The notes under the pieces were generated by a model that saw nothing but the letters and a program-made list of their open reading frames with translations, was not told the DNA's origin and ran no database searches. The translations under genes and the position numbers were made by a program. Positions 31,736 to 41,550 of a stretch of DNA of 64,000 bases are shown here, one piece after another (position 1 is the stretch's first letter; each line of letters starts with the position of its first letter). This stretch comes from a virus (Duplodnaviria; Caudoviricetes), in IMG/VR virus record IMGVR_UViG_3300030098_005649; one strand, 5' to 3'.

Positions 31736-32065
31736 ATGAGATATAGTAAAACAAGAAAGAGAAGAGCAAAAGGTACAGGACAACTGGTTCAAAAACCCAC
31801 TTTCTATCCATTGATAGAACCGAGAGATGATGATGTCATTTATCGTCCAAAGTATGGAGAGAGGTTGGATAAACTTGCTGCAGAATATTATGGTAATCCA
31901 AGTTATTGGTGGATTATATATCAGGCAAATAAAGACTTAATATTCAAAGGAGAGAGAATACTACAACCATATAGTTTTGAAACAAACCCTAATTTTTCAC
32001 TAAGGATACCACAAAATCTACAACAGATATTGATAAAGTTTGATGATGTAAATCGAGGTTATTAG
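31736..32065 (+). CDS. LysM-like baseplate protein (P2 gpX / T4 gp53-like)
   Basis: GERLDKLAAEYYGNPSYWWIIYQAN...LRIP LysM-type signature. Confidence 0.8.
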   Translation: MRYSKTRKRRAKGTGQLVQKPTFYPLIEPRDDDVIYRPKYGERLDKLAAEYYGNPSYWWIIYQANKDLIFKGERILQPYSFETNPNFSLRIPQNLQQILIKFDDVNRGY

Positions 32066-32067
32066 AT

Positions 32068-35000
32068 ATGATAAATCTAAAGAGTATTGATAAACGAGTA
32101 CAAAATACTTTACTTGAAAAACAACGACAATTATCAGAACACAATCCAATTGGTGGTGGTAATATTTTTTCTCGTTCTGTTTGGTCAAGAGTATCTTGTT
32201 TGTTCAATGGTAAGTTGGTTAGTTTTTTTAGTGATAAAGACCCAACTAATATAAATGATTCAAAGTCAGATACGGTGTATGCATTTTATCGTCCTGATAA
32301 TTCAAATCAAATATATAAGAGAAAAGTACGAACACTAACTGATGCAGTAAGTGGTGAAACTACACCAAAGTATGAGGAGTCAAGTGCATATTATAGACCA
32401 ATACCAGGTGTGACAGCAATTTCAACTCAGTATGAAGGTGGGTTGAAATCTTTTCGTAAAACAGATTTGAGTTTTATTGTTTGGACATATGATGATATAG
32501 CTTTTATGCAAAATTCTTTTATGGCAATAGGAAATTATGTTCTATTAGAATATGGTTGGAATGGGGATATAAATGATACTGCAGGATTCTCTAAACCATT
32601 TTTACTTGAAAAACTATTGGGAGAAAATCCATCAATAACAAGTCCACTTAATTTGTTCAACGATGTATTACAAAACTATGCTAGTTATGCACTTGAAATG
32701 GAAGGGAATCAAGATGTAATTATGGGTAGAGTTAGTAATTTTGAATATACTACTCGAGCAGATGGTGGATTTGATTGTAGTGTTTCATTGACTTCTTCTG
32801 GTGCACAATTATTGAAAACTGAATTACCAGATATAGAAACGATAGAGTTTGTTAGTGGTGAAAATAAAGATGCAAATAAATTTGATTTAGAAGCTGCAAA
32901 ATCTGTTGTTACTAATGTAAAAACTTTGATGAACTCACTACCCGAACAATTTGACAAGTTTTATGTTGATGTTATTGCAAAATATTCAAACAAGAAGTTA
33001 TTAACAAATGCAGATGGAAGTCAAGGATTTCTTAGTCTTATAGGGGATTTGGTAAGTTTGAACATAGGAATGGATGATACTTCATTATCAACATTGATGA
33101 ATGACTTTACAGATAATATGTCGTGGCACACTTTATTTCACGATGAGAAATATACTAAAGACGGTGAAACAGAAGAAATAAAAAAGGTATGTGTACCACA
33201 AATATATGCACTACACCATACATATAATGTTAGACAGACAGGAAATAATTCTTACGGAGTTGGTTCTTTGAAATTATCAGAACAAGATGGTACAAGTGAT
33301 GGACTCGGTATGCACTATTATGTTACATTGGGGTGGTTTGAAGATAATGTCCTAAATGGTGCATTGGGTGCATTGAATAGTAAAGGAAATTCAATTTATA
33401 AATTTAGGTCTACTGAAAGGTTTAGTCCTGAGTTTATAAAAGAACTTGGACTAGCAGAAAATCCTGACGGATTATATCAAGATTATTTAAAAGTCACAAG
33501 TGGTAATCACAATATATCTGATGATTGGATGCCATCTGTTACGATATCAAATAATCCATTTCTAACCACAATGAGACCATTTGTTGGAAAGAATTTTACT
33601 TCTGATTCTTCAAAGTATTGTTTTATATTACCTGGTCAAAATTTTGTAAATAGTGGAGATATTAAGAGCGGAACTATGAGATATAATGGTACTGTAAGTC
33701 AAGTTAGAGCTATGGATGCACATTTGAAATATATAAATGAAGTTTTTCCATCATTTGCAGTTCAAACTGGATTAGAAAATAACACACCCACATATGATTA
33801 TTCACGAGGATATTATAGAAATATTTTAGTTCACATTGAATTGTTGAGAGATGCAGTTTCAAATTCTAAAACAGTTGAAGATGTGTATAAAAATATTTTT
33901 AAAAATTTGAATCACGACTATGGTGATTTTTGGGACTTGAGTGTTGTACAAGACCCAATTGAACAAGGTAAAATTACCGTTATGGATAGAAATGTAACAC
34001 ACTTGAAAATAAAACAAAGTCAAGATTCAGATACATATTATAGTGATTTATATTCCACTCCAAATAGATTATCGACAGATGATTCTCCAGAACCTGGTGA
34101 AGTTTATTTTTTCAACATATGGGAAGATAATAGTATAGTGAAAGATTATAAGGTTACTTCAAAGATTCCTGATGAGTTTAAAGTAGCTATGGCATATTCT
34201 GGTAGAGATCCAGACGCACATAATCTTGGTCAAGATAAATATTCTCTATTGGGTAGAATAATAAATCAACAAAGTCAAGATTATGTTGAAGAAAAGATTG
34301 GTGATATAAATAAAGAAGAGTTTGAAGGAATACTAACAGACTTGGAACAAGGTATGTATACATCAGAAGCTATAAATAAATTCAAATCAACTGGTAATAT
34401 TGGTATTTTAATTCCATCAGGTGAGAAAGAAATATTTTTGCCAGTATCATATAATCCAAATAGTAGTGAAAAAAATGGATTCAATGGTGGTAGAGGATTG
34501 ATGACAATAACAGAATTACTTGGTAAGAAAGCTCTAATAGATGGTTCTTCTACAACAGTAGTTCATAATGGTAAAAGAGGTCAGAGGAATGATGACTTTC
34601 AATCCTATATAGCTGCAGCTGCAATTTCACCAAAAATATTAGTGGATATAGCAATAGAAAAAATAAAAAAATACTATAAAGATAAATTTCAAGAAGTTGA
34701 TGATAAAGAGGATAAAGATGAACCTGTAGATGCTTCAAGACCAGTAATTGATATAGCTCTAATCAAAGATATTGGGAATCAAAATGGAGTATTGAAATTG
34801 AGTGATGATGACGATGCATTAGGTGAAGCACTAACAAGTGCTGGGTTTAGTGATACAGATATCCAAAGTTATACAGATAATACAGGTGATGAGGGAAGTA
34901 CTAATGAGATTCAAACTAAAATTTATAGTCATAATATTGGTGGGATGAATCCTATACTTAGAGGGTTATATAAAAGTTTATTGACTTCTACGAGTACGAG

Positions 35001-36069
35001 TAAGTTTCCTAACATACCCATAGAAGTAGAAATAACTATAGATGGGGTTTCAGGAATTGAACCAGGTGATTCTTTTCAAGTTGGTTATTTACAAGAAGAG
35101 TATCTAAAATATACTTTGTTTCAATCTATAGATGTTAGTCACGATGTAAGTAATACTGGTTGGTACACAACAATAAAAGGTATAATGAGAATCAATCGTC
35201 AAGCTATGGGATTATTCTTACCTGATACTGTAAAAGAAGTCAAACCACCCACTGCTTTTTCTGGAACAACAACTTCAACTCCATCGGAAACATATACGAT
35301 ACCAACAGGAATTCCACCAGTACCAAAGAGAAAGAAAACCAAAATTGGGGATGAACCTGAGATAAAACCACCTGCTCATTTACAAGAAATTGAAATAAAC
35401 ACAACTGCAATTGATGAAACTTCACAGGTCATCATACCTAAAAGAAGAAAAGAACCAGACTTTAAGTGGTTTGAAGATATTACTGGAGCAAAAGTATTAG
35501 AAGACCAAGAAGAAGATGATGACCAAATACCTCTTTTTGGTGGAGTTGGAAGTGGAGTTTATCCACTTGGTACTGTAAATGTATCTAATGGAATGAATTA
35601 TACATTGAAAAAGGATGGTAGTAAGATTCCACCACGAACACAACCAAAACTAAAAAAAATCATACCATTGAAAAATCAATTTTATAGTACTGGTACTCTT
35701 TCTGTTGATGCTGGAGATGAGTATACAAATAAAACTCCACCACCTGAAGCAATAGGAAACATTTTCTTGTTCGAGAAATTTCGTAGAGAATCAAATCCAT
35801 CAGGTCTTCAAAGTAGAGTATTTAGAATTCAAGATGAGTTGGCAAGTAACTATCCAAAGTATAAGAGTGAGTGGGTTGTTATGAAGAAAGTTCGTGGTAA
35901 AGTATTCCCATCAGGTTGGGGAGATTCAATCTCATCGGATATGTTGAGTTTGAACAAAATGTTTTATTTCAAGAACAGACAAGTTTTTCGTGATTATGCA
36001 AAACTACACGGATATAGATTGGAAGAAGGTTCTAAGATAAGTATGAATACAGAACAGGTGGTGAGATAA
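32068..36069 (+). CDS. Large baseplate hub-like protein
   Basis: 1333 aa after the LysM gene. RPIPGVTAI...VLLEYGW and EITIDGVSGIEPGDSF...SHDVSNTGWYTTIKG suggest a gp27/late-control-D-type hub fold. Confidence 0.5.
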   Translation: MINLKSIDKRVQNTLLEKQRQLSEHNPIGGGNIFSRSVWSRVSCLFNGKLVSFFSDKDPTNINDSKSDTVYAFYRPDNSNQIYKRKVRTLTDAVSGETTPKYEESSAYYRPIPGVTAISTQYEGGLKSFRKTDLSFIVWTYDDIAFMQNSFMAIGNYVLLEYGWNGDINDTAGFSKPFLLEKLLGENPSITSPLNLFNDVLQNYASYALEMEGNQDVIMGRVSNFEYTTRADGGFDCSVSLTSSGAQLLKTELPDIETIEFVSGENKDANKFDLEAAKSVVTNVKTLMNSLPEQFDKFYVDVIAKYSNKKLLTNADGSQGFLSLIGDLVSLNIGMDDTSLSTLMNDFTDNMSWHTLFHDEKYTKDGETEEIKKVCVPQIYALHHTYNVRQTGNNSYGVGSLKLSEQDGTSDGLGMHYYVTLGWFEDNVLNGALGALNSKGNSIYKFRSTERFSPEFIKELGLAENPDGLYQDYLKVTSGNHNISDDWMPSVTISNNPFLTTMRPFVGKNFTSDSSKYCFILPGQNFVNSGDIKSGTMRYNGTVSQVRAMDAHLKYINEVFPSFAVQTGLENNTPTYDYSRGYYRNILVHIELLRDAVSNSKTVEDVYKNIFKNLNHDYGDFWDLSVVQDPIEQGKITVMDRNVTHLKIKQSQDSDTYYSDLYSTPNRLSTDDSPEPGEVYFFNIWEDNSIVKDYKVTSKIPDEFKVAMAYSGRDPDAHNLGQDKYSLLGRIINQQSQDYVEEKIGDINKEEFEGILTDLEQGMYTSEAINKFKSTGNIGILIPSGEKEIFLPVSYNPNSSEKNGFNGGRGLMTITELLGKKALIDGSSTTVVHNGKRGQRNDDFQSYIAAAAISPKILVDIAIEKIKKYYKDKFQEVDDKEDKDEPVDASRPVIDIALIKDIGNQNGVLKLSDDDDALGEALTSAGFSDTDIQSYTDNTGDEGSTNEIQTKIYSHNIGGMNPILRGLYKSLLTSTSTSKFPNIPIEVEITIDGVSGIEPGDSFQVGYLQEEYLKYTLFQSIDVSHDVSNTGWYTTIKGIMRINRQAMGLFLPDTVKEVKPPTAFSGTTTSTPSETYTIPTGIPPVPKRKKTKIGDEPEIKPPAHLQEIEINTTAIDETSQVIIPKRRKEPDFKWFEDITGAKVLEDQEEDDDQIPLFGGVGSGVYPLGTVNVSNGMNYTLKKDGSKIPPRTQPKLKKIIPLKNQFYSTGTLSVDAGDEYTNKTPPPEAIGNIFLFEKFRRESNPSGLQSRVFRIQDELASNYPKYKSEWVVMKKVRGKVFPSGWGDSISSDMLSLNKMFYFKNRQVFRDYAKLHGYRLEEGSKISMNTEQVVR

Positions 36070-36070
36070 G

Positions 36071-36841
36071 ATGATGTATGTTGATAAAAAAGAATTTGAA
36101 GATAAACCTATTGATAAAATAGTAGGTCAAACTATGCAAGTAATAACTGGAAGAATTACTAAGAAATATGAATTTAAATATTTGACTGGTCATTATGTTC
36201 CAGAAAATATTGGATATCACATCCATATAACAAAAACAAGAGCCACTATCTATATGACTAATCACCAACATAGTGAGGACTCTAAAATAATAGTACCACA
36301 AAAAGAATCGATTGTTGCAATTGAAAAATATATGAAGTTGAATCCACAAAAAGTAGATACCTATCCTATTACGAATGAGGCAAATCCAAATCAAAATGAT
36401 TATGATGCTGGTTTTATAAAGAGAAAATTTGCATATGAGGCGGGTAAGAGAAATCCAGATGTTTTTGAAATATCACCAACAGATGATTTCACTACTTCAA
36501 AATACACCACTTATGAATATGAACATATCATTTCATCTAACTATTTCGACACACCTCTTACCTTGTTTGAATCAGAAAATAAGGCACAAGAACTAAATGG
36601 TGATAGGATACGAGAGATAGTTGATAAAGTTCCTAAAATTAGAAATATAGCTAGTACAGGTCAATTTTGGAGAGAAGTTTCACCAATGGAAAAAACATTA
36701 GAAAAACTTTTTGGGGGTGGAATAAGTGGACATAAAATATCTCAACAAGGTGGACAAACACCATCAGCTGGTGGTTCAACTGGTGGTTCAACTGGAGGTG
36801 GTGGTTCTACAGGCGGTGGTTCTGGTGGTGGTGGATATTAA
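36071..36841 (+). CDS. Hypothetical protein (last gene of the baseplate block), Gly-rich C-terminus
   Basis: 256-aa ORF 1 nt after the hub gene, ending GGSTGGSTGGGGSTGGGSGGGGY. Confidence 0.6.
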   Translation: MMYVDKKEFEDKPIDKIVGQTMQVITGRITKKYEFKYLTGHYVPENIGYHIHITKTRATIYMTNHQHSEDSKIIVPQKESIVAIEKYMKLNPQKVDTYPITNEANPNQNDYDAGFIKRKFAYEAGKRNPDVFEISPTDDFTTSKYTTYEYEHIISSNYFDTPLTLFESENKAQELNGDRIREIVDKVPKIRNIASTGQFWREVSPMEKTLEKLFGGGISGHKISQQGGQTPSAGGSTGGSTGGGGSTGGGSGGGGY

Positions 36842-36893
36842 TTTATTGTTTGGTATTTTAGGATAATATTTATAAATAAATTAGGGTTATAAT

Positions 36894-37589
36894 ATGATAC
36901 AAAATGTTTTAGATAAAGGTTTCATTGAAGTTGTGGATTCTCTTGGAGATGACCTAACAGTAGTAAATTCTGCTCGTGTATCATTCGGTAAAAGAAAAAA
37001 GAAGTGGGATAAATCGGATGAAAGGTTGGTTAGGTTTTTAGCAAAATATAAACACTATTCACCATTCAGACATTTACAAGTTCAATTTCACATCAAGGCA
37101 CCAGAGTTCGTTATGAGACAATGGTATAAGCATGTTGTGGGTATTGAGACATCTTCGAGTAGTTCTACGAAAGACCACGCTTGGAATGAGATTAGTGGTC
37201 GTTATGTTCCTGTTGAGGACTTTTACACGCCAGAAGTGTTTAGACAACAATCAGAAGACAACAAACAGGCAACAGAAGGAGCAGTAAAAGACCAAGATTC
37301 TGCAAAACATCATTGGGAACAGGCGATGTTTCACGCTAAAGAACAATATCAGAAGTTGTTGGATATGGGTGTTGGTAAAGAACAAGCAAGAGCTATCCTA
37401 CCATTGAACCAATACACCGAAGTATATTGGACAGCATCATTTCAGGCAGTAATGAACTTTATAGAACTAAGAAATGAGAAAACCTCACAATGGGAAATTC
37501 AAGAATATGCAAAAGTTCTGTTGGAGTTAATGCACGATACATTTCCTAAAATAACAGAAATATGGTCGGAGGCACATAACTGGAAATAA
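36894..37589 (+). CDS. thyX: FAD-dependent thymidylate synthase
   Basis: VVNSARVSF, HYSPFRH, APEFVMRQWYKH, NEISGRY, EQARAILP and FIELRN...QWEIQ motifs. Confidence 0.95.
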   Translation: MIQNVLDKGFIEVVDSLGDDLTVVNSARVSFGKRKKKWDKSDERLVRFLAKYKHYSPFRHLQVQFHIKAPEFVMRQWYKHVVGIETSSSSSTKDHAWNEISGRYVPVEDFYTPEVFRQQSEDNKQATEGAVKDQDSAKHHWEQAMFHAKEQYQKLLDMGVGKEQARAILPLNQYTEVYWTASFQAVMNFIELRNEKTSQWEIQEYAKVLLELMHDTFPKITEIWSEAHNWK

Positions 37590-37590
37590 T

Positions 37591-38151
37591 ATGTTGGATG
37601 TATTTGTATTTGAAGACTTTTATGAAAATCCTGATGAAGTACGAGATTATGCTCTAAATCAAACTTTTAATATTGAGGGTAATTATCCTGGTTGGAGAAC
37701 TAAACCAGCCGTACCCGAACAATCTGAAAAACTAAAAAATTTCATACAAGAAAAAATTATAGGAAAAGAAATAATACATTGGCCAGAAGAATACAATACT
37801 GCATATCAGTACACGGATAAGGATTGTGTTACTTGGGTTCATCACGATGCGACAGAGTGGGCAGGTGTTGTGTATCTAACTCCAAATGCACCTGTTGATT
37901 CAGGAACTTCAATTTACAGATTGAAGGAAACAGGTGTTTACCAATGGAATCCAGATGATGATTCTACGGACTATAACAATGGAGAAATTCCAAGAGACAT
38001 TACGAAATGGGAAGAAATTTTGAGTGTAGGAAACATTTATAATCGTTTGGTAATTTACAAAGGTACTTATTATCATAGAAGTAAAATTCCAGGTTTTGGT
38101 AATGGTAAAGAAGACGGAAGATTATTTCAAACATTTTTCTTTGATACATAA
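37591..38151 (+). CDS. 2OG-Fe(II) oxygenase-like protein (DUF6445-type)
   Basis: WVHHD (HxD), WAGVVYLTP, NRLVIY..YHRS and GRLFQTFFF. Confidence 0.75.
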   Translation: MLDVFVFEDFYENPDEVRDYALNQTFNIEGNYPGWRTKPAVPEQSEKLKNFIQEKIIGKEIIHWPEEYNTAYQYTDKDCVTWVHHDATEWAGVVYLTPNAPVDSGTSIYRLKETGVYQWNPDDDSTDYNNGEIPRDITKWEEILSVGNIYNRLVIYKGTYYHRSKIPGFGNGKEDGRLFQTFFFDT

Positions 38152-38154
38152 ATT

Positions 38155-38799
38155 ATGGATTATATTTTAACAGGTAAAATACCACAAGAGTGGTCACACG
38201 GAGCAAACATATCCGATAATTCTTGGTATTGTTGGAATGAATTATTTTCACCATCACAATGTGATGAGATAATAAGAATTGCAGAAGATGAGTTTCCTTT
38301 GATACGAGGAACTATTATGTCTGAAAATGAAGATTTAGGTAAACGAAGTGGATTCAATGCTCAAACAGATAAAGTGTTGCGTGACTCACAAGTTAGGTGG
38401 GTTCAACCTACAGATTCTACTACTTGGATTTATGAATGGATATGGAATTCAGTTGTTTCTACAAATCAAGGTAATTGGGATTTTGATATACGAGGGATGG
38501 GTGAGGCACTACAATATACTGTTTATGATAGTAATGTAGGAGATGCACATTATGGTTGGCACAGAGACATAGGTGGTAATCAAAATCATAGAAAAATAAG
38601 TTTGACTATTCAGTTATCAGATGATAGTGAATATGAAGGCGGACATTTTGAATTGGAAGATATTGGTAAATTTGAAACCTATCGAAATAAGGGAGATGCA
38701 ATAATGTTTCCCTCAATCTTTAGACATAAGATTCACCCAATAACATACGGAGTAAGAAAGTCATTAGTGGTTTGGATAACAGGCCCAAAAATAAAATAA
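38155..38799 (+). CDS. Prolyl-4-hydroxylase-like 2OG-Fe(II) oxygenase
   Basis: LQYTVY, WHRD (HxD), RKISLTIQLSD..EYEGG, FPS..RHKIHPITYGVRKSLVVW. Confidence 0.9.
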   Translation: MDYILTGKIPQEWSHGANISDNSWYCWNELFSPSQCDEIIRIAEDEFPLIRGTIMSENEDLGKRSGFNAQTDKVLRDSQVRWVQPTDSTTWIYEWIWNSVVSTNQGNWDFDIRGMGEALQYTVYDSNVGDAHYGWHRDIGGNQNHRKISLTIQLSDDSEYEGGHFELEDIGKFETYRNKGDAIMFPSIFRHKIHPITYGVRKSLVVWITGPKIK

Positions 38800-40071
38800 A
38801 TGGTTATAGAAAGTCAAGGACAACTTGACAAGGTTATTGAATTAGTAAAAACAAAAAACTTTTTCATACAAGTGTTATGTGACACTATAAAAAAACATCC
38901 AAGTGATGATAAAATTAGTGTCATTATGTTATACTTTGATGAATGGTATGTTGTACCATTTGACCATATAGATTGTATAAATCTGTCAGATGCACAACAA
39001 GAACAATTCCTTGTCGAATTAGTTTGTTCAAATACAAAAAAATATTGTGTAGATAAGAAGAGATTACTTCATTTGGTAAAGTGTGCAAATCTCATAGACC
39101 TAAAAATGTCACGATACCTTTCTGATAATGAAGTCTTGGATGATGAAGATTTTTATACTAATACACAACAAATATTTCACTATGAATGGCGTAATCTAAA
39201 AAAGATAAATAATTTATTACCGATAACTAAACTAATAGAATATACTACAAAGATTTATGATTCATACAAATCATATGATAATCATCAAGAATGTTCAGAT
39301 GTATATCATAATTTGATGTTAGAAAGTTATCAAACAATAGAGAGTAATGGAATACAAACTACAGATGGTATTGTATATTCAGAATATAATCCTTTCACAA
39401 GTACAGGTAGACCGAGTAATAGATTTGGTGGTATCAATTTTGCAGCTCTAAATAAAAAAGATGGTAGTAGAAAAAAGTTTATAAGTAGATTTGGACAAAA
39501 TGGTAAGTTAGTTGAAATGGATTATGATGCATATCACTTGAGGTTGATTGCAAAAATAATAGACTTCGACCTACCTAAAACTTCAGTACACGAATATATG
39601 ATGAAATTTTATGGTATAGATGATTATGAAGAAGCAAAAAGATTATCCTTTCAATACTTGTATGGTAACATTCCAGAGAACATTATTGATACCAATCCCT
39701 TTTTTAAATCCGTACAAGAGTATATAAATTCAAAATGGAGTGAGTATAAAGAACGACAATTTGTTTCTTCAGATATTTATAAACGAAGGCTTTTCGCCAA
39801 AAATCTACCAAATATGAACAAAAATAAATTGTTCAATTATTTGATACAATTGAGTGAAACAGAAAACAATCTACAAGTAATTCAAGAGTTGAATAAGTAT
39901 TTGGAAGACAAAGAATCCAAGTTGGTTTTATACTCATATGATTCTTTTCTAATAGATTTCAATATGAACGATGGTGTAGAGACTTTGAAAGATTGTAAAA
40001 GAATAGTTGATAGGGATGGTATTTTTCCTGTCACACTAAAGAGGGGTGATAATTATCACGATATGAAATGA
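38800..40071 (+). CDS. Minimal family-A DNA polymerase-like protein
   Basis: TSTGRPS, motif A LVEMDYDAYHLRLI, motif B AKRLSFQYLYG, NYLIQ and motif C YSYDSFLID, all in only 423 aa. Confidence 0.75.
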   Translation: MVIESQGQLDKVIELVKTKNFFIQVLCDTIKKHPSDDKISVIMLYFDEWYVVPFDHIDCINLSDAQQEQFLVELVCSNTKKYCVDKKRLLHLVKCANLIDLKMSRYLSDNEVLDDEDFYTNTQQIFHYEWRNLKKINNLLPITKLIEYTTKIYDSYKSYDNHQECSDVYHNLMLESYQTIESNGIQTTDGIVYSEYNPFTSTGRPSNRFGGINFAALNKKDGSRKKFISRFGQNGKLVEMDYDAYHLRLIAKIIDFDLPKTSVHEYMMKFYGIDDYEEAKRLSFQYLYGNIPENIIDTNPFFKSVQEYINSKWSEYKERQFVSSDIYKRRLFAKNLPNMNKNKLFNYLIQLSETENNLQVIQELNKYLEDKESKLVLYSYDSFLIDFNMNDGVETLKDCKRIVDRDGIFPVTLKRGDNYHDMK

Positions 40072-40937
40072 TAAAACTAAAACAATTACTAAAAGAAACT
40101 TTCATAGGAGATAAATGGTATCCAGCACATACTCAAGAATCATTGAAATGGGTATTGAGTCAAGAAAATGTACCAATCTATCCAAAGACGATAGAGAAAC
40201 TAATTGGTCAAGTACCAGTTACAGCTTTTCATATGACAGGACCAGAATATATTCCTAAAGTAGCTGGTGTGGTTGGTAAGAAAAAATCTCTTTCTACATT
40301 TGACCAAGTTGCTGCAGACTCTCCATTGGCTAAAGGAAAGGGAATACAGACAGGTTCAGGTGGAATTGTATTTCAAGTAGAGGGATTTTTACTGGCAAGA
40401 GCACAATCTGATTTGGCAAGTGTTCCAGACAAAACAGGTCGTAGATGGTTGGAGTCTCGTAAAGTATTTGGAGATAGTGAGTTCGTAAGAAGAGCAGCTA
40501 AAAAGAATAAAAAATTATATACTCGTAGTGAATGGTATGATATGGAACAAGATATTCAAGATGAGATAAAAGATAAAAATCCAGATGCACGGTATATGGA
40601 AGTTGTAGAATTGGCTAAGGTGGAAATGAATAAAAAAGCAAACGAACTTATACGAAATTATATTGATTTTACAAATGACTTATTGATGAAAAATAAAAAG
40701 AAATTTGTAAAAAATCTTACGAGTGATGAGAGTAAAGTAAATTGGAATTGGAATGAAATCATACTACATAGTGCAAAAATAAAAAGTGCATTTGTAATGA
40801 AAAGACTTGAAAAAGATTATTACTTTAAGGAAAATAAAAAACAACTCGAAAAACTAACAAGAGATATAACATATGGAACACCTGGTCAATACAGAAAATG
40901 GTATACCGCAAGAAAAGGACAAATAAATGTCAATTAA
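40068..40937 (+). CDS. Hypothetical protein with leader MIKLKQLLKE; possible ADP-ribosyltransferase-like fold
   Basis: AFHMT ... SLSTF ... WNEIIL spacing recalls the H-S-E motif order of ART folds (tentative). Confidence 0.4.
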   Translation: MIKLKQLLKETFIGDKWYPAHTQESLKWVLSQENVPIYPKTIEKLIGQVPVTAFHMTGPEYIPKVAGVVGKKKSLSTFDQVAADSPLAKGKGIQTGSGGIVFQVEGFLLARAQSDLASVPDKTGRRWLESRKVFGDSEFVRRAAKKNKKLYTRSEWYDMEQDIQDEIKDKNPDARYMEVVELAKVEMNKKANELIRNYIDFTNDLLMKNKKKFVKNLTSDESKVNWNWNEIILHSAKIKSAFVMKRLEKDYYFKENKKQLEKLTRDITYGTPGQYRKWYTARKGQINVN

Positions 40938-41550
40938 TATTTCATTATATGATTTGGTCAATATAGACGAACTCGTTTATACTAACGACATATCAGAGAA
41001 ACATCAAAAGAGAATTGATGAGGGAAAGGAATGGCTAAAAACTATCACTCTACCTTATAAAAATCCACCAAAAAATTCAAGTTATGTTACATTGAATGAA
41101 TTGGAATTTTTACGAGACTTGAGAACAGATGGTAGTGAACTAAAAGAATTTGATAATATCGAAGACAACTTTGGTGATTTATTGGAAGGTTTTGGATTTG
41201 ATAGAAATAAAGATTATATTGATGACTTGGTACATAAAAGTAGAGGTCCTATATATGTTCTAAAATATCATTATAATAGACCAAGACCATCTCAAGTTGC
41301 AGAAGTTAGAGGTATTGATATAAATCAATCTTCTGTGGATTCTGCAAAAACACCAAGTTATCCAAGTGGACATTCAACTCAGGCTTATTTATTGTCCATA
41401 AAATTAGCAACAAAATATCCGAGTATTGCTAGTGAATTATATGAGTTGGGAGAAAATATTTCATACTCAAGAGTCTTAGGTAAAGTTCATTATCCAAGTG
41501 ATTATCAGTATGGTAAAATTTTGGGTGACTCTTTAGCGAGGTCTTTATGA
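40927..41550 (+). CDS. PAP2-family phosphatase / haloperoxidase-like protein
   Basis: All three motifs are present: LKYHYNRPRP, SYPSGH and SRVLGKVHYPSD. Confidence 0.85.
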   Translation: MSINISLYDLVNIDELVYTNDISEKHQKRIDEGKEWLKTITLPYKNPPKNSSYVTLNELEFLRDLRTDGSELKEFDNIEDNFGDLLEGFGFDRNKDYIDDLVHKSRGPIYVLKYHYNRPRPSQVAEVRGIDINQSSVDSAKTPSYPSGHSTQAYLLSIKLATKYPSIASELYELGENISYSRVLGKVHYPSDYQYGKILGDSLARSL

